From assembly GCA_016186625.1 (NCBI GenBank), contig JACPLG010000005.1, positions 36,954 through 100,953 on the forward strand: DNA of 64,000 nt. Direction: 5' to 3'. Made by a program: the position numbers and the translations under genes. This document shows, piece by piece, positions 18,785 through 28,222 of this stretch; within the stretch, counting starts at the first letter, position 1, and the number at the start of each line of letters is the position of its first letter. The DNA comes from Candidatus Levyibacteriota bacterium. Lineage in GTDB: Bacteria; Patescibacteriota; Microgenomatia; Levybacterales; UBA12049. Under the pieces are notes generated by a model. It saw nothing but the letters and a program-made list of their open reading frames with translations, had not been told where the DNA came from and did no database searches.

Positions 18785-19713
18785 AGTCTCCCTCCGGGCC
18801 GGAGGCCTCCTTTCGAAACTTTAAGAAAGAAATCTTCAAGATCAGGTTTGTTAATTGAAATATCTTGAAAGTTAATCTTGTTATTCGTAAGCATTGTTAG
18901 AAAATTTGAAATTTTTTTGCTTTCAACACTTATGTAAAACATACTTCCATCTCTTTTGTATTTAATTTTCTGATCTTCAAAAACTTCTTCCGCCTTTTTA
19001 TAGTCTTTTATTAAAATCTCCATTTGGGAGACGGTTATTTGATTTGCTAAATTTTCAGGCGTGTCTTCTGCAATGATTTTCCCATGATTAAGAATTATCA
19101 CTCGGTCACACATTTCTTCAACTTCCCCCATATTGTGGGATGTAAAAAGCATGCTGACTTTATATTCTTTTTGCTCTTTTTTTAAAAACTCTCTAATCTT
19201 TACAGCAATTTCAGGATCAAGGGATGCAGTCGGCTCATCCAAAAGAATAATTTCGGGATAATTTAAAAAAGCTTTTGTCAAAAGAAGTCTTGCCCGTTCT
19301 CCAGCGGAAAGAGAGTTTACTTCCTTTTCTCTCAAATGGTTGATTTCAAACTCAGAAAGTAATTTATCAATTCTTTTCTTTTTATTTGGAATTTCATAAA
19401 GGTCAGCATAAATTGATAGAACTTGATCAACTGTAAAAAGCCAAGGTAGAGAAATATAGGCAGATGAAAAATTAACTCTTTTGAGAATTTCACTTCTTGC
19501 CTTTTTGAATGTTTTCCCAAAATATGAAATCTGTCCGCTTGTGGGCTCCATTACATCCAAAAGCATATAGATAGTTGTTGTTTTACCTGCGCCATTTGGT
19601 CCAAGAAGACCAAGAATTTCCCCCTCGTTCAGAGAAAAAGAAACACGGTCCACTGCCGTAAAATCACCAAATTGTTTTGTAAGGTTTTTGACCTCTAATA
19701 CTTTATTTAACAT
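18781..19713 (-). CDS. ABC transporter ATP-binding protein
   Basis: Walker A GPNGAGKTT, signature LSAGERARL, Walker B ILLDEPTASLD, H-loop TSHN. Confidence 0.85.
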   Translation of the reverse strand: MLNKVLEVKNLTKQFGDFTAVDRVSFSLNEGEILGLLGPNGAGKTTTIYMLLDVMEPTSGQISYFGKTFKKARSEILKRVNFSSAYISLPWLFTVDQVLSIYADLYEIPNKKKRIDKLLSEFEINHLREKEVNSLSAGERARLLLTKAFLNYPEIILLDEPTASLDPEIAVKIREFLKKEQKEYKVSMLFTSHNMGEVEEMCDRVIILNHGKIIAEDTPENLANQITVSQMEILIKDYKKAEEVFEDQKIKYKRDGSMFYISVESKKISNFLTMLTNNKINFQDISINKPDLEDFFLKVSKGGLRPGGRL

Positions 19714-19729
19714 AAAAAAACTAAGGAGG

Positions 19730-21079
19730 TTACTGAAGCTCTCTTATTCTATTTAATAGATAATTTCTGTTATTTTTAGACAAATCTTCATCAACTTCCT
19801 CAAAAAGTTTTTGCAAAATTTCCCCTACGCGGGGACCTGGCTTTAAGTTTAACACTTTCATAACGTCATTTCCATCAATTTTAAGATCATTTAATGCAAA
19901 TGGTTTTGGCGCCAACTCCCCCGCTACTCTTTCTTTGAATTTTTTAAGCCGCCAGGATTCAGCGGTTTGTGTCCCTCCACCAAGCCGGTCCCCAATTCTA
20001 AGATCCATCATGTCTCCGACATTTTCAACTCCAATTCTTCTAATAAATCTTCTGACTGCTGCATCAGATAAATTTTCATTGACAGAAAACATATGCCACC
20101 TAATTAAAGTTACAATTTTTGTTGTTTCTTTTTTTGAAAATTTAAGCCTCTGACAAATCTCGTAAGCAATATTAGCGCCGGACACCTCATGGTTATAAAA
20201 GGTGACAAGTCCTTCTTTATCTTTTCCTGCAACTTTAGGTTTGCCAACGTCATGAAGAAGAGCTGCAAATCTGACAATCGGATCTTTGGACGGGCAGTGC
20301 TTTAAAGACATTATGTTATGAGTAAAAACATCTGTTGTGTGATGACGGCCGGGCCGGGCCTGCGAAACTCCAACTCCTTCTAAAAGTTCGGGTAATATAA
20401 ATTCCAAAAGCCCGGATTCTTTTAAAAGCATTATCCCTTTGGTAGGGTCCGGGCTTGATAAGATTTTTAAAAGCTCATCTCTAATCCGCTCGGCGGAAAT
20501 ATGTTTAATAAGGGCTGAGTCCTCCTTAATTTCTTTTCCTGTTGCCTCATCAATGTCAAAACCAAGCTGTGCTGCTAACCGAACTCCACGCATAAGACGC
20601 AGGGCATCCTCTTTAAACCTTTCCTTTGGATTTCCAACAGTTCTGATAATATTTTTTTTAATATCAGACTTTCCTTCAAAAGGATCGATAAACTCTACTT
20701 CTCTGCCGGCAACTTTCATAGCAACAGCGTTTAGTGTAAAATCCCGGCGGGATAAATCTTCTTCAATTGTTTTTCCCCAAGATACTTTGTCCGGACGGCG
20801 TCTGTCAGAATAACCATGTTCGGTCCGAAAAGTTGTGATTTCAACTATGCCAAGATTCTTAACGGGAATTCCTACAGTTCCAAACTGATTGTTATAATAT
20901 CCATCTTCAAAAAGTTTGAGAATTTGCTTAGGAGTGGCGCTAGTTGTTAAGTCCCAGTCTTTTACAGGAAGTCCCATGAGAATGTCTCTTACGCATCCTC
21001 CCACAAAATAAACATCAAAACCCGACTTTTTAAGAGTGTCATATATTTTCTTTATTTTCTCTGGGATAGCTTTAGTCAT
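19730..21079 (-). CDS. cca: CCA-adding enzyme (tRNA nucleotidyltransferase with HD domain)
   Basis: FVGGCVRD, DWDLTT and RRD motifs of the polymerase beta-like head, plus C-terminal HD motifs (HDVGK). The likely start is the ATG at 21079 (MTKAIPEK). The listed ORF carries a 29-aa N-terminal extension. Confidence 0.85.
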   Translation of the reverse strand: MTKAIPEKIKKIYDTLKKSGFDVYFVGGCVRDILMGLPVKDWDLTTSATPKQILKLFEDGYYNNQFGTVGIPVKNLGIVEITTFRTEHGYSDRRRPDKVSWGKTIEEDLSRRDFTLNAVAMKVAGREVEFIDPFEGKSDIKKNIIRTVGNPKERFKEDALRLMRGVRLAAQLGFDIDEATGKEIKEDSALIKHISAERIRDELLKILSSPDPTKGIMLLKESGLLEFILPELLEGVGVSQARPGRHHTTDVFTHNIMSLKHCPSKDPIVRFAALLHDVGKPKVAGKDKEGLVTFYNHEVSGANIAYEICQRLKFSKKETTKIVTLIRWHMFSVNENLSDAAVRRFIRRIGVENVGDMMDLRIGDRLGGGTQTAESWRLKKFKERVAGELAPKPFALNDLKIDGNDVMKVLNLKPGPRVGEILQKLFEEVDEDLSKNNRNYLLNRIRELQ

Positions 21080-21084
21080 ATTGT

Positions 21085-21105
21085 TTGAAGATTTGCTCTT
21101 TGTTA
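21085..21105. promoter_or_regulatory. near-palindrome CTTTGTTATA-g-TATAGCAAAG in the divergent cca/recJ promoter region
   Basis: 10-bp inverted repeat (9 of 10 positions) centred between the two divergent starts. Confidence 0.35.
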
Positions 21106-21132
21106 TAGTATAGCAAAGAAAAGAAGATATAA

Positions 21133-22896
21133 ATGAAAAAGTGGGATTTACTAAATAAAAAATCATCTCTTCGACAAACTCAGGACAAGAAAATAAAATC
21201 TAAAAAATTGGATACGGATAAATTGGTTCGAATCCTCCTTAAAAATCGAGGGATTAAAACAAAAAAAGAAGCCCAAGAGTTTTTGAGCCTAAAACTGGAA
21301 AGTTTGGATATTAATAAACTTGGGATAGACAAAAAGGACTTGAATAAAACTTTAAAAAGAATAAAAACCGCAATTGAGAAAAAAGAGCAAATAATTATTT
21401 TTGGCGACTATGATGCGGATGGGATATGTGGCACTGCAATTCTCTGGGAGACTCTGCATAGTCTTGGGGCCAATGTGTTGCCTTATATTCCCAACAGGAT
21501 TGAGGAAGGATACGGTTTATCCCTTGCGGGAATATCAAATTTAAAAAATAAAATATCAAATATAAAATTGGTGATAACAGTGGACAATGGGATTGTGGCA
21601 AATGACGCTGTTGAGTTTGCAAAAAGTTTAGACATCGATGTAATCATCACCGACCACCACGTACCTTCTAAAACTTTGCCCAAAGCTTTTGCAATTGTAC
21701 ACTCAACAAAAGTCTGCGGAGCGGGTGTGGCCTGGTTTCTCTCTCAAGAGATCGTTCGGGGTCCTGTCTCGCTTCACCCCCGCCCGACATCCTCATCCGC
21801 CAGCGGGCGGACTGCGGGTGCTCGTCGGGGGTCCCCCGCGCTCACCACCCCTCACCCCGATCACCTTGATCTCGTAGCGATTGCAACAGTTGCGGATTTA
21901 GTCCCGCTTGTTGGCCCAAATAGAATTCTTGTTAAGTTTGGGCTAGAAGAGCTTAAAAATACGAAAAGAGTTGGTTTGCAAGCGCTATATGATGAGGCAA
22001 GAATTGAAAGAGATAATATAGATACTTATACGATTGGACATATTGTTGCTCCAAGATTAAATGCTATGGGCAGGCTTGAAGAGGCAATGGACAGTCTTAG
22101 GCTTATTTGCACAAGAGACAAAAAAAGGGCAAATGTTTTGGCTAAGAAATTAGGAGAGATAAATAGAGTAAGACAGCGCCTCACAATTGATACTTTTATC
22201 CATGCCAGAGAGAGAGCCAACAAAAATACTCTCAAAAAACTACTTTTTGTTTATCATGAGTCTTATGAGCAAGGTGTGATTGGGTTGGTGGCTGGGAGAC
22301 TAACAGAGGAATATTATCTCCCATCAATAGTACTTTCAAAGGGAGAAAAGTTTAGTAAAGCTTCTGCTCGTTCTGTCTCGGGGCTAAACATAATAGAGTT
22401 TATAAGGGAAGCCGGAGAGTTTCTGGTTGATGCCGGGGGACACCCTATGGCTGCGGGTTTTACTATTGAGACAACAAAAATTCCACTTCTTGAAAAGAAA
22501 TTCGAAGAGCTTTCCAGGAGATTAATTTCAGACGACCATTTGGTCAGAAGACTAAAAATTGATTGCGAATTGCCTGTTTCTTATTTAACACTTGAATTAT
22601 TCGATTCGATATCGAAATTAGAACCATTTGGCATGAAAAACCCAACACCTGTTTTTTTAAGCAAAGGTTTGGAAATCACTGATATGCGATTAGTGGGAAT
22701 AGACGCAAAACATCTTAAATTAAAAATAAAAGATCAAATCTCAAATCTAACCATTGATGGGATTATTTTTAATTATGATAGTTCGATTGGTTTAAAGATC
22801 GGGGATAAAGTAGATGTTGTTTATTCAATAGAGATGAATGAATGGAACGGAAACAAGAAATTAGAACTTAAGATAAAAGATATTAAAAGTTCCTAG
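21133..22896 (+). CDS. recJ: single-stranded-DNA-specific exonuclease RecJ (DHH/DHHA1)
   Basis: IIFGDYDADGICGTAIL, VITDHH, LDLVAIATVADLVPL and a GGHPMAAG DHHA1 motif. Contains an in-frame GC-rich insert (see the repeat at 21755-21866). Confidence 0.85.
   Translation: MKKWDLLNKKSSLRQTQDKKIKSKKLDTDKLVRILLKNRGIKTKKEAQEFLSLKLESLDINKLGIDKKDLNKTLKRIKTAIEKKEQIIIFGDYDADGICGTAILWETLHSLGANVLPYIPNRIEEGYGLSLAGISNLKNKISNIKLVITVDNGIVANDAVEFAKSLDIDVIITDHHVPSKTLPKAFAIVHSTKVCGAGVAWFLSQEIVRGPVSLHPRPTSSSASGRTAGARRGSPALTTPHPDHLDLVAIATVADLVPLVGPNRILVKFGLEELKNTKRVGLQALYDEARIERDNIDTYTIGHIVAPRLNAMGRLEEAMDSLRLICTRDKKRANVLAKKLGEINRVRQRLTIDTFIHARERANKNTLKKLLFVYHESYEQGVIGLVAGRLTEEYYLPSIVLSKGEKFSKASARSVSGLNIIEFIREAGEFLVDAGGHPMAAGFTIETTKIPLLEKKFEELSRRLISDDHLVRRLKIDCELPVSYLTLELFDSISKLEPFGMKNPTPVFLSKGLEITDMRLVGIDAKHLKLKIKDQISNLTIDGIIFNYDSSIGLKIGDKVDVVYSIEMNEWNGNKKLELKIKDIKSS
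21755..21866 (+). repeat. GC-rich (~70 % GC) ~110-bp element inserted in-frame in recJ; homologous to an intergenic element at 28104-28203
   Basis: Begins TTCGGGGTCCTG, identical for 12 nt to the element at 28104, and ends ...CACCCCTCACC, matching CACCCCTCAAC in the other copy. Has an internal CCGCCCG/CGGGCGG inverted repeat. Encodes the low-complexity peptide RGPVSLHPRPTSSSASGRTAGARRGSPALTTPHPDH. Confidence 0.65.
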
Positions 22897-24307
22897 CTGT
22901 TGGAACAGTTTCTGGTTCTAAACCTAGGGCTCTTGACCATACTTTTATCTTTTCATACTGCTCAGGTCTGGATAAAGATTTTAACTGAGCCTGTCTTCTG
23001 TTTGTTTTTAAAGTTATATCAAATTCTCCTAGTTTCCCTTTTTCTCTAAGAATTGCAGCAAGACGAGTGAAGAGACGAGTAGAATCCGCTATTAACCGTT
23101 TGTCAATTTTTCTATATATCCCCTTTGCTAGTTTAATTTTATTGTCAACCGTCAAGTTGGGAGATTCAAAGGATGCATCTAGATCATGTTGAGTCTCTAA
23201 ATTTCCCGTAGTCATTTCTGTCCAAAGCCTACTACTTATTCCGAAAGTTTTTAGCAGAAGTTCTTCAGTCATTGATCTAATTTCTTGCATCTTAACCACT
23301 CTTGTTATCATAGGTCCTGCTGTAGCATCCAGAATCAATAAGTGCGCTTTTTCATCTGCAATTTCTGAGGGAAGCCCTTGATCTATAGTTAGTTGTTTCC
23401 ATTGGGTAGTATAAGCAAGAGCTCTCTGATTTATAGAATTGGATAAATCGGCATACAATTTTTCTGCCAGAGCTAGTTGTTGTGTGTGGTTAGCACTAGC
23501 CATTTCAAATGCTGTTCTCATTGCTTCAATATTAATCCCATCAGGATTAAGATCTTGCCAAAGCCTAAGGTAAATTGGGTAATTTGAAATCAATAAATCT
23601 TCTCTTTGGGTTCTTAATGATCTTAATTTTTTTATTTTATCTTCTCTTCGAGCAGGCTTAAATTCCCTAGTAGCTGCAAGGCTCTCTTTTTCTACCAATT
23701 CTTGAGTAATTCCGGCATCTCCTTTTAAAGCTGCAATCGTGACAAGATCAGCATCAAATCTGTCTTCTATTAAAAGCTCCAAATTTCTTTTCATATCGTC
23801 CACCATTCTTAGTCTAAGATCTGAAGATCGTCCTCTGTAGGCCTTATCAGCCCGAACCTTAAATCGTCTTATGTCTTGAGATGATATTCCTTCAATGCCA
23901 AGGACAGCTGCATATTCTCTTAAATATCCTTCAAATCTTCTTGATCCTCCAATCTCAGTTAGGATTCGTCTAGGAGAAATTCTTTCTAAAAGTCCCAATT
24001 CTCTATCTGTATCGGTAAGAATCTCTGCTCTCCTGGCGTTTTCTGCTGGATCAAAGGGATTATAAGGAAGGTGATGCTGCTCATAATCCTCTATTATAAT
24101 AGGAGGATCGAATAGGGCTGGGGTCCCGGTATTAACTGATTGGGATATGTCTGACATGGAGCCTGGAGGCTGAAATAATCTTTCCTGCCCAAAAATTTGT
24201 TGAGTATCTAATGAGGAGCTACCTACAGGAGCATCATCTGGGACTCGTTGTGGCCGCACTAAAGCTTCTTGGCCATCTGCATTTATAGGTTGTAGTCTTT
24301 CGCCCAT
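22883..24307 (-). CDS. hypothetical protein (474 aa), compositionally atypical
   Basis: L/R/E/A/Q-rich and K/I/N-poor, unlike neighbouring genes. GC is visibly higher than the flanks. I recognise no motif. Confidence 0.4.
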   Translation of the reverse strand: MGERLQPINADGQEALVRPQRVPDDAPVGSSSLDTQQIFGQERLFQPPGSMSDISQSVNTGTPALFDPPIIIEDYEQHHLPYNPFDPAENARRAEILTDTDRELGLLERISPRRILTEIGGSRRFEGYLREYAAVLGIEGISSQDIRRFKVRADKAYRGRSSDLRLRMVDDMKRNLELLIEDRFDADLVTIAALKGDAGITQELVEKESLAATREFKPARREDKIKKLRSLRTQREDLLISNYPIYLRLWQDLNPDGINIEAMRTAFEMASANHTQQLALAEKLYADLSNSINQRALAYTTQWKQLTIDQGLPSEIADEKAHLLILDATAGPMITRVVKMQEIRSMTEELLLKTFGISSRLWTEMTTGNLETQHDLDASFESPNLTVDNKIKLAKGIYRKIDKRLIADSTRLFTRLAAILREKGKLGEFDITLKTNRRQAQLKSLSRPEQYEKIKVWSRALGLEPETVPTARNF

Positions 24308-24439
24308 ATATTTTCTGGATTTATCTTAAATATTTTGATCCTTTTTGAATTGTTTTGTCAACTAGGAAAGATTACAGATTGTGCTTAATTTTAACATATC
24401 TTATAGTAGTTAGTCAAGTAAAATTGAGATAACCTTAGA

Positions 24440-24739
24440 TTAATTCGAGGTTGGTTTAGGAGAAATCGGAGGAGCTGGAGCAATAACTTGAGGGGGAGTT
24501 CCTAATGGTTCAAATCTAGCTCTTGCAGCTATAGCAACTCTTGCTAAAACAACAGTTTTACCATCTATTTCACCCGTAACGCTTGCAGGAAAAGATTCCC
24601 CTGGTCGAACTTCCACATAAGCGCCTTGTGCCTGCTCCATAACTCCTACAGGATGGAATCCAAGGTCATCTAGCGTTAACTGTTGTCTTTCCGATTCTCC
24701 CTTCATACAATAATTAGACTCAAAGTATATTTTAACCAA
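24440..24739 (-). CDS. hypothetical small protein with proline-rich C-terminus
   Basis: 99-aa ORF upstream of and co-oriented with the 474-aa hypothetical. A/V/P-rich. The start may be the internal Met (MKGESER). Confidence 0.3.
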   Translation of the reverse strand: MVKIYFESNYCMKGESERQQLTLDDLGFHPVGVMEQAQGAYVEVRPGESFPASVTGEIDGKTVVLARVAIAARARFEPLGTPPQVIAPAPPISPKPTSN

Positions 24740-24780
24740 TACTTCTTGTCAAGGCAAGAACAAAAATATACAATACGTTT

Positions 24781-26124
24781 ATGCAAAGGACGCTTGCAAA
24801 AGACACTCTGGACAAGATCGGCGAGGAAGTTTTACTCCGGGGCTGGGTTTTAACAGTAAGATCCCACGGCAAAATTGCCTTTTTTGACCTGCGAGACAGA
24901 AGCGGGACACTTCAGATTGCAGCTTTTGATCCCAAACAAGTTCAAAACGTAAACTCTCTTTCTCAGCAGGATGCAGTTGAGGTTGTGGGAAAAGTTAAGA
25001 AAAGAGAAGGGAAATTTGTTAATCCAAATACTCCTTTGGGAACAGTTGAGATTGAGGCATCAAAAGTTTCCATAGTCGCAAAAGCAAAGGAACTTCCATT
25101 TGACATGGGAGGAAAAGACCTTCTCTTGGAACTGCCCACACTTTTTGATCACCGCTCACTTGCTCTAAAACACCCAAAAATTGCCAAGATATTTAAAGTC
25201 CAGGCCGCTCTTTCCTCGGAATTTCGAAAAGCCGCTCAAGAGCTTGATTGTGTGGAAATTTTTGTTCCAACTATTGCCAAAGGAGCTACAGAAGGAGGAG
25301 CCGAGGTTTTCAAAGTGGATTATTACGGAAGTCAAGCTTTCTTGACCCAAAGCCCGCAGCTTTACAAGCAAATTATGGTGGGTGTATATGAGCGGGTATG
25401 GACAATTGCCAAGGCTTATAGAGCAGAGCCATCAGTTACAACAAGGCATTTGTCAGAGGCAACTCAAATGGATATTGAAATAGGATTTATTGAGAATTTC
25501 GAAGAGCTCTTAGACGCTTTAGAGTTCGTAGGAACAACAATGATAAAGAACGCCTCGGAAAAGAATAAAGATATACTTTCAGAGTTTGGTATTGAGGCGC
25601 CACTGGTTCCTACCAAAGTTCCGCGCCTGACTCTTAGAGAAGCGCAAGAAATTGTTTCAAAACGAACAGGGCGTGATCTTTCAAAAGAATTAGATTTAAA
25701 TCCAGAAGATGAGAAGGAAATTTGGCTGTGGGCAAAAGAGGAACATAAATCTGATTTTGTGACCATTACTCATTTTCCCACTAAAAAAAGAGCTTTTTAC
25801 ACAATGCCAGACCCCCAGGATCCCCAGTACAGCCTTTCTTATGACTTACTGTTTAAAGGACTGGAAATTCTTTCGGGAAGCCAGCGAATCCATAAGCTTG
25901 ATGAGTTAACCAAGCGAATGAAGGAAAAAGGAGTTGACCCAGGCAGTTTTGGCATGTATCTTGCGGCTTTTTTATATGGGATGCCACCTGAGGGCGGTTT
26001 TTCTTTTGGACTGGAACGGGTAACAATGAAGCTTTTAGAGCTATCTAATGTGCGGGAAGCTTCGCTTTTCCCCAGAGACATGGAGCGTGTAGATGAGAGG
26101 CTTTCCGGAAATCAAAATAAATAA
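24781..26124 (+). CDS. aspS: class-II aspartate--tRNA ligase, archaeal/short type (an Asn-specific enzyme cannot be excluded)
   Basis: N-terminal OB anticodon-binding domain. Class II motif 2 region (FRAE) and motif 3 (GGFSFGLERVTM...FPRD). ~447 aa. Confidence 0.7.
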   Translation: MQRTLAKDTLDKIGEEVLLRGWVLTVRSHGKIAFFDLRDRSGTLQIAAFDPKQVQNVNSLSQQDAVEVVGKVKKREGKFVNPNTPLGTVEIEASKVSIVAKAKELPFDMGGKDLLLELPTLFDHRSLALKHPKIAKIFKVQAALSSEFRKAAQELDCVEIFVPTIAKGATEGGAEVFKVDYYGSQAFLTQSPQLYKQIMVGVYERVWTIAKAYRAEPSVTTRHLSEATQMDIEIGFIENFEELLDALEFVGTTMIKNASEKNKDILSEFGIEAPLVPTKVPRLTLREAQEIVSKRTGRDLSKELDLNPEDEKEIWLWAKEEHKSDFVTITHFPTKKRAFYTMPDPQDPQYSLSYDLLFKGLEILSGSQRIHKLDELTKRMKEKGVDPGSFGMYLAAFLYGMPPEGGFSFGLERVTMKLLELSNVREASLFPRDMERVDERLSGNQNK

Positions 26125-27031
26125 GAGAAAGATATTTTATCTTTTGATACTAGGGTTTACTTTTGCGGTTTTTTTAATTCTTGCATACATAAATATAGCG
26201 CTTAAAAGACAAAATTCAGATTTGGAGATTTATCCAAAACCTCTTATTTATAATTCCCAAAAATATCCACAGATTAAAAATCATCAAGAAGTATTTATTT
26301 CTGCGAAAGGGGCTGTGGTTCTTGACAGGGACTCATATGTAGTCCTTTATGAAAAGAATCCAAAATTAAGGTTTTCTCCCGCCTCAACTACTAAAATCAT
26401 GACCGCTCTTGTAGCTTTGGAATACTTCAAATTGGATGATATTTTGACCATATATCAATCAAATGTTGAAGGCTCTAATATTACTTTTGAGCAGGGGGAA
26501 CAGTTTACTTTTGAAAATTTGCTTTATGCACTGATGCTTCCTTCAAGTAATGACGCAGCCTCGGCGATTGCCCAGAATTATCCGGGCGAAGAAGCGGCTT
26601 TTGTTGCCAAAATGAATGAGAAAGCCAAGGAGCTTCACCTAACTGATACATTTTTTGGTGAGCCGATAGGGCTTTTAGATGAGAAAGTTTACACAACCCC
26701 ACTTGATTTAGCGCGTCTTGCGGCGCAGGCTCTTGAGAATTCTACCTTGGCAAAAGTTGTTTCAACCAGAAATAGAGAGATAGTAAGCCTTCAGGGCAAA
26801 AATTATTCTTTGTATAATATCAACAGGCTTTTAGATTTGCCAGGAGTAAGCGGAGTAAAAACGGGTTTTACAGAGGGAGCAGGAGAAGTATTAGTAACCT
26901 CAAAAAAGATCTCGGGAGAAGGGGCAGAAATAGTAATCGTTGTAATGCAAAGCGAAGATCGTTTTTTGGACACTCAAATTTTACTTGAGTTTTTAAACAA
27001 CAATATTAATTACTTATCCATTCAGCCTTAA
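26093..27031 (+). CDS. D-alanyl-D-alanine carboxypeptidase (peptidase S11, low-molecular-weight PBP)
   Basis: N-terminal TM. Active-site SxxK (ASTTK), SxN (SSN) and KTG (VKTGFT) motifs are all present. Confidence 0.75.
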   Translation: MRGFPEIKINKRKIFYLLILGFTFAVFLILAYINIALKRQNSDLEIYPKPLIYNSQKYPQIKNHQEVFISAKGAVVLDRDSYVVLYEKNPKLRFSPASTTKIMTALVALEYFKLDDILTIYQSNVEGSNITFEQGEQFTFENLLYALMLPSSNDAASAIAQNYPGEEAAFVAKMNEKAKELHLTDTFFGEPIGLLDEKVYTTPLDLARLAAQALENSTLAKVVSTRNREIVSLQGKNYSLYNINRLLDLPGVSGVKTGFTEGAGEVLVTSKKISGEGAEIVIVVMQSEDRFLDTQILLEFLNNNINYLSIQP

Positions 27032-28049
27032 CCGCTGAGACATAAGCAATAAAGTCATTAGCCCCTTCAAACACAATGACCGGAAGCAAATAATCCTGAG
27101 ATCTTCCTTCTACATAAAAACCAAGGTAAACTTTTTTGATGACAATATTTAGGTCTGTCCCTTCATAGGAGGCTATATAAGCTTCCCCTTTTCTTAAGTC
27201 TTCAAAAGCTTCCTGGGCAGTTTTAATAGGATAAGCTGCACCTTCATCTAACACTTTCTGATAAAAGAATCTTGCATTAACTATTTGAGGGCCCGATTCC
27301 CCTCTCGCAACCACCAAATTCATGACAGAGGCATTTCCGTTAGGATAGACAATCACTATATCATCTATGTCTTTCTGGAAAAAATATACACTAATAAGCT
27401 TTGCTTTTGAAATGTTTGTTACAGGACCTAAAATCCCATTATTTAAGTCATAAAATTCTGTTCTGGTCTTGCCTTGATCAATATCCTCAGAGAAAAACCC
27501 TAATGTTTGTAAAAAATTTTGGGCAACGCTGATTGCCTCGTTCTCATTCGGGAGATTAACAGCCGAAAGCACCCCAGGATCAGAAAGATATGAGGAATAT
27601 AGATTAAAGGATGACATATTAATATTTAAAACAAGACTTTTAGGAGGTGGCCCAGGAGCTGTGAATCGGTACAAAGATTCGGATAAAGCCTGCGGAGTTG
27701 AGTTAAAGTCAAGCGCTATAGCTTTTTCCATTGTCCGTTGAACAGCTAGAAGATCAGGTCCAGGCTTGTCCATTTTGTAGACATTGGATCTGTCCGGAAA
27801 ACTGGGCAACTCACCTGAAATAGTATCAATTGTAAAAGTGAATTTCTTTTTTATTCCCTCTGGAAAAAAAATCTTAGGCAATTTTCCAAAAGATGCAGTA
27901 GGAGCGGGCGGGGGTGTTGGAGAAACTGCCTCTTTGATAAGAAATATAATTCTTATCAAAATAAATGAGACAACAAGAATTGCTATTATTATTCCGAGCC
28001 ATTTAGCAACAGAGAGGAATTTAGCTCTGAAATTACTTAAAGTAGGCAT
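27006..28049 (-). CDS. hypothetical membrane-anchored extracytoplasmic protein
   Basis: N-terminal TM (WLGIIIAILVVSFILIRIIFLI) followed by a P-rich linker and a soluble domain. I recognise no motif. Confidence 0.35.
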   Translation of the reverse strand: MPTLSNFRAKFLSVAKWLGIIIAILVVSFILIRIIFLIKEAVSPTPPPAPTASFGKLPKIFFPEGIKKKFTFTIDTISGELPSFPDRSNVYKMDKPGPDLLAVQRTMEKAIALDFNSTPQALSESLYRFTAPGPPPKSLVLNINMSSFNLYSSYLSDPGVLSAVNLPNENEAISVAQNFLQTLGFFSEDIDQGKTRTEFYDLNNGILGPVTNISKAKLISVYFFQKDIDDIVIVYPNGNASVMNLVVARGESGPQIVNARFFYQKVLDEGAAYPIKTAQEAFEDLRKGEAYIASYEGTDLNIVIKKVYLGFYVEGRSQDYLLPVIVFEGANDFIAYVSAVKAEWISN

Positions 28050-28103
28050 GTATTGAGTATAAGGCAGTTTTTAGTTACAATGCAAGGTGAGAGGAATGTT
28101 TGT

Positions 28104-28203
28104 TTCGGGGTCCTGCCACTCGTTTCCCTCCCGCCAGTGCTCGTTCACGAAACACTGAGCTCCGCGCTGTCGGGAGCCCTTCCACTCGTGTCACCCCTCA
28201 ACA
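28104..28203 (+). repeat. GC-rich ~100-bp element in the gltX 5' region; second copy of the recJ-inserted element; terminal inverted repeat GTTTGTTtcGGGG...CCCCtcAACAAAC
   Basis: Starts with TTCGGGGTCCTG. Contains a CTCCCG...CGGGAG inverted repeat. Ends ~20 nt before the gltX ATG. Confidence 0.6.
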
Positions 28204-28222
28204 AACAAAATAAAATAATAAT

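Noticed and set aside
19730-21166. Longer listed forms of several genes: cca 19730..21166, the TrpR-like gene 17460..17930, the GT2 gene 58690..59466, the malic enzyme from 32666 and the SurA-like gene to 31708
   Set aside because: The extra N-terminal residues begin at TTG or other alternative starts chosen by the ORF finder and are unconserved hydrophobic or low-complexity leaders. Internal ATG or GTG codons that sit at the conserved protein N-termini, and 6-8 nt after -10 boxes, are more plausible starts.
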